From Prorocentrum cordatum (lineage: Eukaryota): a stretch of DNA of 53,682 nucleotides. Below the pieces are notes generated by a model. It was not told the origin of the DNA, ran no database searches, and worked only from the letters and a program-made list of their open reading frames with translations. Of the stretch, positions 13,510 to 26,574 are shown in pieces; within the stretch, counting starts at the first letter, position 1; the number at the start of each line of letters is the position of its first letter. The stretch spans positions 62,001 to 115,682 of the forward strand of contig CAUYUJ010000301.1 of NCBI GenBank assembly GCA_963575745.1, read 5' to 3'. A program made the position numbers and the translations under genes.

Positions 13510-14915
13510 CTCCGATAGTTAGCCTGGCGAAGGACCCAACCATATGCAGTTGCGAGTAACGCAGTTGTGAATATGATCTTCGGTGGAGCTCCCTCTGGGG
13601 CCACGAAACGTGAGGGAGGTGTGCCGACTTGAGTGGGGGGGCGCATGTGGACGGTGGCATTGAGGCATACGGTGGAGTTCCCTACTGGGCCACGAAACGT
13701 ATGAGAGGTGTGCCGACTTGGGCGGCGGTGCCATGCGGACCCTGCCACTGGGGCATTCGCATGAGCTCCCTATGAAATCACGAACTGTGTGAAGGGCGTG
13801 TGCCGACATGAAGCAACAACGCCATGCGGACCCTGCCACTGGGGCCTTCAGTGGAGCTCCCTATGAAGCCACGAACCGTGTGAGGGGTGTGCCGAAATTG
13901 GGCGGCGGTGCCATGCGGACCCTGCCACTGGGGCCTCCGGTGGAGCTCCTTACGGGGCCACAGACCCTGTGAAAGATATGTCGAAATCGGGCGGCGGTGC
14001 CATGCGGACCCTGCCACTGGGGCCTTCGGTGGGGCTCCCTATGGGGCCACAAACCGTGTGAAGGGTGTGCCGAAATGGGGCGGCGGCGGTGCCATGCCCA
14101 CCCTGCCACTGGGGCCTTCAGTGGAGCTCCCGGTGGGGCCACGAACCGTGTGAGGGGGGTGCCAACAGGGGGCGGCGGTGCCATGCGGACCTTGCCGCTG
14201 GGACCTTCGATGGAGCTCCCGGTGAAGCCACGAACCGTGTGAGGGGGTGCCAACAGGGGGCGGCGGTGCCATGCGGACCCTGCCACTGGGGCCTTCGGTA
14301 GGTCTCCTTATGGGGCCACGGACCGTGTGAAGGGGTGCCAACAGGGGGCGGCGGTGCCATGCGGACCCTGCCACTGGGGCCTTCGGCGGAGTCCCCTATG
14401 GGGCCACGAACCGTGTGACGGCGGTGCCATGCGGACCCTGCCACTGAGGCCTTCGGTGGAGCTCCTTATGGGGCCACGAACCGTGTGAGGGGTGTGCTGA
14501 CATGGGGCGGCGGTGCCATGCGGACTGCCACTGGGGCCTTCGGCGGAACTCCCAATGGGGCCACGAACCGTGTGAGGGGTGTGCCGAATGGGGCGGCGGT
14601 GCCATGCGGACCCTGCCATTGGGGTCTTCGGTGTAGTTCCCTATGGAGCCGCAAACCGTTCGAAGGGCGTGCCGACATGGACTACGGAGAACAGAGGCAC
14701 GACGTTGACGATGGCGATGTTGATGACGCCGATGATGGCGGTAATGATCACGATGAAGATTACGATTATGATGGTGATGACGGCGTGCGGAGAGGAGAGG
14801 CAGAGGCAGAGATGGAAGGAGGGAGGAGGGAGGAGGGGGCAGAGGGAGGAGTGAACGCGGGGCGCCGTCTCTTTGAAACGAGGACCCAACACCACAGGAT
14901 GGTTAGGAAAAAAAT
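13510..14915 (-). mobile_element. Satellite-carrying dispersed element, copy 2 (inverted): ~13 x ~89-bp units
   Basis: Reverse complement of the same core with period ~88-90. Tail at ~13522-13550, head at ~14866-14905. A 2-unit fragment also occurs at ~42890-43100. Confidence 0.7.
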
Positions 14916-15359
14916 ACGTTTCGGTCCTTTCAAAGGCCTTTAACAAAAACAATGTATTCGGAAAGGTGTTCAAGTCCTCGTGTGGAGGGGAACTCTTCTC
15001 GGGGACCTTCCGGCGTCAATGAAAACCGGGGCTAGAGAAGCTCATTTATGGAAGGTGCGAACACCAGATATAGCTAAAGTTGCAGCATTGATAGTAGCAG
15101 TAATGATACGAGTAGGAGTAGTAGTAATGGGTGTTTTTTGGGCGATGGTAGTAATAGTCATAGTAGTAATACGCAGCAAAGAAATATATACGATTGATCC
15201 AAGCGAGAATGAAGTATCTACCAATCGAAAGAACGATGACCCACAATGTATTGGAAATAACGATCCAATGACAGACAATCATACGAATAACAAACAATTG
15301 GATATATATATATATATGTATATATTTGTCGTTGGTAGGGAGGTATGCAACCGTAATAT

Positions 15360-18040
<2,681 letters not shown>

Positions 18041-18104
18041 AAGACGCTCCTCCTCGTCCTGCTCCTTCTCCTCCTCCTCCTTTCTCTTCCTCCTCCTCCA
18101 GCCC

Positions 18105-18395
18105 ACAGGTAGCGTTCGTCCACGAAATGGTGGTCGTCCTGCGTTGGCGGAAGGAGCCAGCTGCCTGCGCCTTTCCCACTTGCCGAGCGCAGCTGGGCGG
18201 CCTGTTCCAGCGGCAGCGCCGCCAAAAGCCGCTTCCGGCTCTCGTATGTTCTCGTTCGGTCCGCAGTGCGCGAACGCCTTCTGTGCTTTGCGTTTCGGCT
18301 CCACCGCAGACCAGTGCCACTCGCTGGCGCCAAGCCCGATCGCCTTGCCAGCCCGCTCCACCGCCCTAGAGTACTGGGCAGCTCGAGGCGAAAGC
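18105..18395 (-). pseudogene. Frameshifted fragment of a CRE/SLACS-like (restriction-like endonuclease) non-LTR retrotransposon ORF, post-RT region
   Basis: Translates as ...WSAVEPKRKAQKAFA / (frameshift) YESRKRLLAALPLEQAAQLRSASGKGAGSWLLPPTQDDHHFVDERYL. This resembles the AxLRSxxGxGAGxWLxxxP block I recall downstream of RT in CRE-like elements. Recognised by eye only. Confidence 0.5.
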
Positions 18396-18769
18396 CCCCA
18401 GAGCTCCCCCTCCTCCCCCTCGACCTCCACCCTCCGAACCTTCTGCGCGACGGGTGCCGCAGTGGCGCGGCCGCGGCGGCCGCCGCTGCGCGGCACCCGT
18501 CGCGGGGAGGGCGCGGAAGGCCCGCGCGAACGTGTGGAAGAGGAGGAGGAGGAAGAAGAGGAGGAGAAGGAGGAGGAGGAGGAGGGGGAGGAGGACAAGC
18601 TAGGTGCGCTCGCGTCATATCTGACGTCCTACCCCTCCCTCCCATCCCTTACCATGGCGCTGATTTTCTCTATCCGCGGACGCGTGTCGTAGCGGACCTG
18701 TGGCTCCGCGCGCGCGTGCGTAGTGGGTGGTGGTGCACGTGCGTGCGTGCGTGCGTGTGTGCGTGGTTG

Positions 18770-18807
18770 TGTGGTGGTGGTGGTGGTGGTGGTGGTGGTG
18801 GTGGTGG

Positions 18808-18838
<31 letters not shown>

Positions 18839-18940
18839 GGTGGGTGGTGGTGGTGGTGGTGGTGGTGGTGGTGGTGGTGGTGGTGGTGGTGGTGGTGGTG
18901 GTGGTGGTGGTGGTGGTGGTGATGGTGGTGGTGGTGGTGC
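18770..18940. repeat. (GGT)n microsatellite
   Basis: Direct observation. Confidence 0.95.
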
Positions 18941-19123
18941 GGCGCGGTGGTGGCGGGCGGATGGGCGCGCGAGAAAGAGGCCCGCGCTGGGGCGAGAACG
19001 CCATCCTGAACGACGGAGGCCAAACACCGATCCGAAAATGAGGCCCACGCTGCAGCGGGAGCACGATTCGGAACGATTCGGGAGCAGAAATGAGGCCGGC
19101 GCCTCAGCGAGAGCAGCATTTTG

Positions 19124-19179
<56 letters not shown>

Positions 19180-19494
19180 GCAGGCGAAATCCCGTTTCCC
19201 GGGAATCCTGTGCAAAAAAACAGTACGCGGGGGGGGGGGTCGGCCATCTTCGGGACGCCATCAGGGGAAGTGGGAGAGTATTTTCATATTGTGTAAAATT
19301 GTGAAGGAGGAGAGGGAAGGAGGAGGGGGGGAGGGGGAGGGGGAGGAGGAGGAGGAGGAGGAGGAGGAGAGGAGGAGGAGGAGGAAGAAGAGGAAGGAGG
19401 AGGGGGAGGAGGAGGAGGAGGAGGAGGAAGAAAGAGCGGAGGCCCGCGCGGCGCCGGCCGCCCCTTCCCGCCGCGCTGGGCCCGCCTCCCGGGC

Positions 19495-19539
19495 CTCGAG
19501 CCTCGCGAGCAGCGCCTCGTCGTCCAGGGAGGGGTCCTC
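19495..19539 (-). CDS. Candidate 45-nt internal exon (EDPSLDDEALLARLE)
   Basis: Acceptor gcagcag|GAG preceded by a long C/T-rich tract on the minus strand. Donor GAG|GCCCG, the same context as the 4441 exon. Phase 0/0, and all third codon positions are G/C. Confidence 0.5.
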
Positions 19540-20357
19540 CTGCTGCCCCCGGCGCTGGCGCTGGGGCTGAGGGGAGGGGTGGGAGCGACGAGCCGGGGCC
19601 AGAGGGGGGGCAGGGGCGACGAGCGAGGGAGGGGGGCGGGCCACGAGGGAGGGAGGGAAAGGGGCGGGGCGAAGGGGGGGAAGGAGAGGGAGGGTAGGGG
19701 GGGGGGGGGAGGGGGAGGGGGGAGGATAGGGAGGGAGGGGAGGAGGACAGGGGACGGGGGGGCGGGGGGGCAGGGGGGCGAAGGGGCGGCGGAAGGGGGG
19801 GGGACGAGGTTTTCCCGCGACCACAGCCTGGCGAGCGACTCACGACGGCGTTGCATGCCTGGACGGTCAGGCCTTAGAAAAACCCTAGCCAAGACAACCC
19901 GGCCTCAGACAACGAGTGACCACCGCCGACCCATGCCACCCGCCAATCAGGTCGAAAACACTTGAACCCAACTCGACCAACGTCCGGGGCACACCATGCA
20001 AGTACACGTCGGGCCAAGGGGGGGACGAGGAAGTAAGAGGGAAGAGCAGGAGGAGGAGGAGGAGGAGGAGGAGGAGAAGGAGGAGACGAGGAGACGAGGA
20101 GACGAGGAGACGAGAAGACAAGGAGGAGACGAGGGAGAGACGAGGAGGAGACGAGGAAGGGGGAATACTGATGCATGTGCCCTTTCAGGGCCTCCTAGGG
20201 AGCCGCCGCGGCCACAGCTGGGTTCGCCTCAAAATCTCGGTCAGAGGACCGCACACTGCATGATTTGGCGTGCGGCATGGCTCCTGGACGTGGCACCGCG
20301 GCCGAGGAACACCACGGACCACGAAATATGGCTGACCTCTTCAGGGATCTTCTGACC

Positions 20358-20508
20358 GGGTCAATACAGAACCGGGTCAGTCAGGCCTTGCAGGATCCTG
20401 CAGCAAGATCCTGCAGGATCCTGCACCCAAACCCGGGTCAATGCAACCCTGGCCCTGCAAGATCCTGCAAGACCCGGCGTTCTGACTGACCCCCGTTTGC
20501 ATTGACCC
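20358..20508. mobile_element. MITE-like element, family A copy 1
   Basis: Imperfect ~23-bp terminal inverted repeats GGGTCAAT(G/A)CAGA.CCGGGTCAG / CTGACCCCCGTTTGCATTGACCC, with internal CAGGATCCTG palindromes. Other copies at 35044 and 40681. Confidence 0.7.
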
Positions 20509-20821
20509 CCGCCCCTTGAGCTCCGACCTCTGACATTCGTAAGCTCTCCGGAGCGTCCCCTCCGAAGAAGCTCCCGATCTCAAAGCTTTGATGGGGGGAG
20601 CCCTGCAGCTGGGTCTCCTCCTCCTCCTCCTCCTCCTGCTTCTCCTCATCCTCCTCCTACTCCTCCTCGACCCATGCATTGAAGTCATGCTGCCCTCGGT
20701 GCGGTGCCAGGCTGCCGCAGCAGCCCCAGCGCCCCCCCTGTCTCGCAGGCCATCGTGCGAGGCGCCAGATGGTTCTGCGAGGCTCAGGACGGCCAGCACA
20801 GACCACTGGCAGCGTAGATTA

Positions 20822-20986
20822 CGCCACGAAAACACATATATATACACAGACACCCTCCAACGAACTTTGTATGTACCTTCAGGGCGGGCAGCGGTGTACA
20901 AAGTCGCTGGTTCTCTATGGTTATACACCATCCCCTGAGGCCCAGGAACAATCCATCGGAGGGTGTATGTGTAAATATTTGTGGCG
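20822..20986. mobile_element. MITE-like foldback (~165 bp)
   Basis: Outer arms CGCCAC..ATAT.TACACA.ACACCCTCC / GGAGGGTGTATGTGTAAATATTTGTGGCG. Inner pairs CTTCAGGG/CCCTGAGG and GGTGTA/TACACC. Confidence 0.55.
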
Positions 20987-21586
20987 GATAGATGGCCGGG
21001 GGCTCTGGGCTGAATCGCGTGCAACCTTGCTGCCCTTGCTGACTCCGACAGGACCATGATCACGCTTCGTGGATGGTTGCACATCGTGACGAACTTGCGG
21101 CCCGTATGGGTGGCGTTTGGGAAGGGGGCGCGTCATCCCTGAAGCAGCTGCTGAGGCCAGCCTGGCAAAAGTCGACCATATGGAGGAGAGATTCGTCCAG
21201 AAAACTTCCGTCCAGGATCGCATGTGTCCTTAGAAACTCCAGGATTTAGATCCGGTTCGCAACTGCGACTGCGAAACGCCAAACAGATGTTTTCGATCAG
21301 ACAACATCCAAGAACCGCTCAGCAGCGGGATGAAAAAATCTGGCGGGAAAATTGCTATTACGGCATCTGTATCTTGGGATCGTGTCAGGAGACGGAAAGC
21401 AAAGAGAGGAAGGGAGGGATGCAGGGAGGGACTGGTGCCCGTCCAACCCGCGCCATTCAGGCCTCTGGACCGTCGTAGAGTCGTGTTTACAACTCCTGCA
21501 CCACGAGAGCGCTGCTGGCCAATTAACATTGTCAAAACTAGTGGGCGAGCTAGAAAGGTACCTTCTCGCTGGGGCCGCTGCAGCGC

Positions 21587-22906
21587 CTAATCGAGCTTCA
21601 CCGCCTTCCCAGTGATCCATCGGGTCCACAACGCGCCGAATGCTTTCCGTGCGGAAATGTCATGGTGTGTCACCCCATGCTTCGCGCAGACATCGCGGGT
21701 GAGCAGGCGGATCGTATCATAGCAGTGGTGCCCAATGCCTGGAAACAGATGGTGTTCAACCTGCGTGGTGAGGCCCATAGCCACATGAAACCAGAAGTCC
21801 GAAGTGGATGCGAAATCTACGCTCTCTGCGATCTGCATCTTCGCCCACGAGCCGTAAACGCGAGACTCCGGGAAGACGATGGCGTGCGCGACCTGCGAGC
21901 AGGGCACGAAGATGGCGCCGGCGACCAGGTACATGCACGCGTAGCAAAGGCACGACGGGCCGAACCACATGTGCAGCGCGAACCACAGAAAGGCCTCAGG
22001 GAGCATGTGGCCCAACCAGTAGTCGGCACGGTGCCCTGCCATCTTGCCGAGGACGACAAGCTCGAAGGAGGTCTTTAAGCCGATCTCCACCATGACTCCG
22101 ACTGGCAGTCCTGGCAAGACCAATAACTTCAGCCACTTCGGCAGCATGTCCGCGATCCACAGGTATGCCACATCCACATCCGAGTGATCCCCATCCTGGT
22201 TGGTGTGGGCGTGGTGGCTGATGACGTGCCGGTAGTGCCAGTTCATAGACGGGCCCGTGGGAAAATAGCCAAGGAAGAGTGCCAGGCGGTTGACCCACTC
22301 CTTGCTGCTCACCTGGTAGTGCCCTCCCTCGTGGGCCAGACGAGTGCCCGCTGTGGCCATCAGCACGCCCGACAGGGCGCAAGATAACGGCGTCTTCACG
22401 CCGAAAAACAACACCATCATGACGCACCACATCATTGACAGGCAAATCTTCGTCCGCAGGCGCATTTTCGTCTCCTTGCCGTGCCTCGGGAACGCATTGC
22501 GCACCCTGGCCTTGATCTCCTCGTAGAAGGGGTCCGGTGGCGGAGGGGCAGGCCCGAAGGACTGCAAAACCCTGCGATGGCGATCCGTCCACGGATGGTA
22601 CGACTCAAAGAGCGAGGTGCAATCGCGCCCACGGCCGCTCAAAATCATCAGGCGCCCGCCCGGGTGCCTGTCGACGTACTCCGAGAGGTCATACGCATTC
22701 CCGTGAATGTACCACAAGTGCGGGTCGCACTGGTCCTCGGGCACCTGGGCCACCTCCTGGAACCCTTTCTCGGCCGTGGAGTCGTCTGTGTCCGAACCCG
22801 AGTTGCTGTTGCTATGGTTGTCCTCGTCGGTTGAGGGCGCCGAAAACGCATCGCATGTGGACCCTTGCGCCGTATGCTTGGAGCCCTCCCAAGCCACGTT
22901 GGCCAT
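21587..22906 (-). CDS. Front-end fatty acid desaturase with N-terminal cytochrome b5 domain (delta-4/5/6-type family), intronless, 439 aa from the likely start MANVAW
   Basis: Cyt b5 region WYIHGNAYDLSEYVDRHPGG..GRGRDCTSLFESYH (HPGG at 22666-22655). His boxes HEGGH (22333-22319), HVISHH and QVEHHLFP (QVEHH at 21763-21749). Hydrophobic helices and high GC3. The track's GTG-started 116-codon extension to 23254 looks like UTR; two in-frame ATGs lie in it, so the start is not certain. Confidence 0.95.
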   Translation of the reverse strand: MANVAWEGSKHTAQGSTCDAFSAPSTDEDNHSNSNSGSDTDDSTAEKGFQEVAQVPEDQCDPHLWYIHGNAYDLSEYVDRHPGGRLMILSGRGRDCTSLFESYHPWTDRHRRVLQSFGPAPPPPDPFYEEIKARVRNAFPRHGKETKMRLRTKICLSMMWCVMMVLFFGVKTPLSCALSGVLMATAGTRLAHEGGHYQVSSKEWVNRLALFLGYFPTGPSMNWHYRHVISHHAHTNQDGDHSDVDVAYLWIADMLPKWLKLLVLPGLPVGVMVEIGLKTSFELVVLGKMAGHRADYWLGHMLPEAFLWFALHMWFGPSCLCYACMYLVAGAIFVPCSQVAHAIVFPESRVYGSWAKMQIAESVDFASTSDFWFHVAMGLTTQVEHHLFPGIGHHCYDTIRLLTRDVCAKHGVTHHDISARKAFGALWTRWITGKAVKLD

Positions 22907-24699
22907 CAGCACGTGGCTGAGAACACGCCGAACACGCAGGGAAGAAGAAGATGGGGAGGGAAAGGGCCTCCAGTAAAAAATTACCAAAGCTGGTCGAGCC
23001 GACTCGGTTCCTGACGCGAGACGCCTGACAGGCATGATCATTCGGCGGCCCAACGGGCCAAAGGCGAGCTGAAATCTCCAGTAAGAGGCAGGCAGCTGTG
23101 AAATTGCACCAGGTATCGCGCCACCGAGGCCACAGTTCACTCTGGCAACATACGAGGCATCTGCGCCCCGAAGCCAATCCCTGGTAAACAACCACGCGTT
23201 GGGCCGCGTTGCGGGCCCGCGGCAACAATCCCCAGCGAAGTACGCCAGATCCACGCTCCCAAAGCCACAATGTCCGGCAAGTTATGCTGGCTTCGCGCTC
23301 ACGAGGCCTCGACCCCTCGCAAATTGCAGCAAGCCTGCGTCCCCAAAGCCACAGCCTCTTGCAAGAAATGCCACTCGCCTGCGATCCCGAGGCCACGAAT
23401 TCGATTTTCTAGATTGGGATGTGTTCAAGGGGGGGGTGTTCGTCCCCACCGTCGTTTCCTCAGATTTCGGCTCGGAACTCGACGCGACGAGCCCTCGTAA
23501 AAAGCTCGGGGCGCGCGTTCCCGAAGCCTCGAAACCTCGTTCCCTCGCGCGCAGGATGGAAGCGCGCTCCCGAGGCCAGCATCCCTCATTAGATACTACA
23601 GACGCGCGCAACCAGCCAGCCAGCAAACAAACCAAATCAATTGCCAATACCAGTCACCCAACCAAAAAAATCAAGCGTGGCCACGCAAGCAGTAATATGA
23701 GGAGGAGCAGTGGTAAAGGGCGAAGACTTGTTTCCCGAATTCCCCCACATATGTGTATATAGATTTTATGTGTATATATACATATGACTATATTCACATA
23801 TCCATATATCGGGCATGCATACAATTGCATATATAGATATACACATACATATAAACAAATATACATATATACATATATACGTGTGTGAAAGTACCACGCC
23901 ATGGATTACACTACACAGCTTGCACCATGCAGTTTGGATCGCATAAACTGAAAAGCCAACAGTGCGCCACGTAGCTTGCACCAGATAACTTGCACCCAAT
24001 CCGTCACCGTGCCGTAAGGCACCGAATGGAGTGTCCTTAGGTCCCTTAGAAGGCGTCCGCCGCGTGATGGCATTTCGCCGCCCAGGCCCAGGTCATCCAC
24101 CCGCCAGGACTGCCCGTCCAACCAAACGCTCAATCCTGAAGAGTTGGCCAAGCTTCCACACCTTCGAATACTGGCCGCTCCTGGGTGCTTTTCGGGCGGC
24201 GAGGAGTTCGCTGTCCAGCAAAATGGTTCGCTCCCCAGAAGAAGGGTTCGTTCCCCTGCGGAAGATGAAAGGCTCTGAAAGGTTCGTTCCCGACAAAGAA
24301 TGTTTCATAGTGCTCCCTTTATGTGGGGAATTTCCGGAGCTCCCAGGAAGCCTTGGAAAAAGGCGCGGGAATTCATGAACGACCTTAAATGAAACCATTA
24401 ACTTGTTCGCCCACGATAGCCGACATGCTGCAAGGGAACGAACCCAGCAAAAACTGCGATGTTGATGGTATAGCTGTTCCCCAGAAATTCTCAAAAAGCC
24501 CGCGGCCCCGCGAAGAATCAGAAAAACGCGTTCAGCAGTTCTTCCGAGTCTTTCTAGAAGCTGCTGAGGGCTCCAGGAGTTCAGAAGACTCCTCAGAAGA
24601 GCCTCAGGGTACTCCAGGATCCCCCGGGAATCCAGTCAGAACCCTTAGGAATCCTGTGCACGAGTAGATCGCAAAGCAGAGGTGGTAGCACGCGCCTAA

Positions 24700-25250
<551 letters not shown>

Positions 25251-26513
25251 TATAGACACTATTGTGATGGTAGTGGCAGCGGTATTAGTGGTAGTGGCTG
25301 TGGCAGCGAAAAATACAATGAGTACAGTGGTCGTATCCGGATTAATCAAATCAGCGGTTGCAACATAAACTGTAATACCAGTTGATGAGTTGTTCTTGCT
25401 CGTCAGCTGGCAGGTGTGAACGGTTTAAACTTAGTGGTCGTAGGTGGGGGATGAAAAAACTGAGAATGGACAAGTACAAGAAATGGTTTTAACTGTAGTA
25501 GCAGAAATAATACTAGTAGCAGTAATAGAATCATTGATTGTATGTGTGACCGTAGCAGTGATATGCCAAATAATAGGAGTAGCAGTACTAAGATAAGCGT
25601 GGGTGCTACGATAGAACAATTAGTAACATCGGTGACAATTGCGGCAGTAGTCGCAGTATGGCCGGAATAGCATTTGCAGCCAAGAACTGAGTTGGGAAGT
25701 GTGTGGTGGTAGTGATCACAGAAGCAGTTATCGTGGCGGTGGTAGCTGCACGACTGGCACAATGAGAAACACCAACAATCGTGATCTGACGAGCGCGGGT
25801 GGTTGTAGTAGCAGTGGTAGTGTTAGGAGGGACGCTTGCAGGAGTAACCGAAATATTGTTGACAACAGTACAAACGGCATCTGTTGCGTTGTGCTTTTCG
25901 TTGTCGATATCAGTACTGGTACTAATGATAGCTGGCTGGAGTAGTCATAGAAGTAATGGTAGCAGTAGCAAGCCTCGTAGTGGCAATCGTAGTAGTGGTA
26001 ATCTACTAGATGTGGCGGTAATAGTGGTGGTAATAGTACTACAAATAGTAACACAAGTGGCCGCAGTAGTGGTCACAGTAGCTGTTCTCATAATCATCGT
26101 AGTTCTTGCAATGGTAACAGTGGTGGTGCGTAGTGTAGCCGTGTGGGTGTAGCGAACGTAATAGTAACAGTAGCAGCAACAGCAATAACGGCAACGATAG
26201 GAATATAAAGAATAGCAATAACGCGACTGGCGAAAATAATCATGAGAAGCGTAAGGGCAATAGAAATAATGTTAGCCAGCGTGGACCAAAAAAAACATTA
26301 CTCTACCGAGGAACCCCACATACTTATTTTATGTCACGTGTGTTCACAAACCATGTCACATCCCGCTTCGCCTTTTTGAGCCAGACCAGCCAGACTGACC
26401 AGACCAGTCATATCAGTCATTTCAGCCACAACCAGCCAAAGTAATCAGACCAGCCAGCCAGGCCAATCAAGCAGACCAACCAAACCAACCAGATGAGTCA
26501 CTCCAACAATCGT

Positions 26514-26563
<50 letters not shown>

Positions 26564-26574
26564 GCGGCGGCTGT

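Noticed and set aside
22907..23254. 116-aa N-terminal extension of the desaturase ORF
   Set aside because: It starts at GTG, is not protein-like and has low codon bias. It is more likely 5' UTR, though not excluded.
23259..23401. SL-like words upstream of the desaturase (e.g. minus CCGGACATTGTGGCT)
   Set aside because: Only a 9/10 core match (CATTGTGGCT) and no CAAG end; too degenerate to separate from chance.
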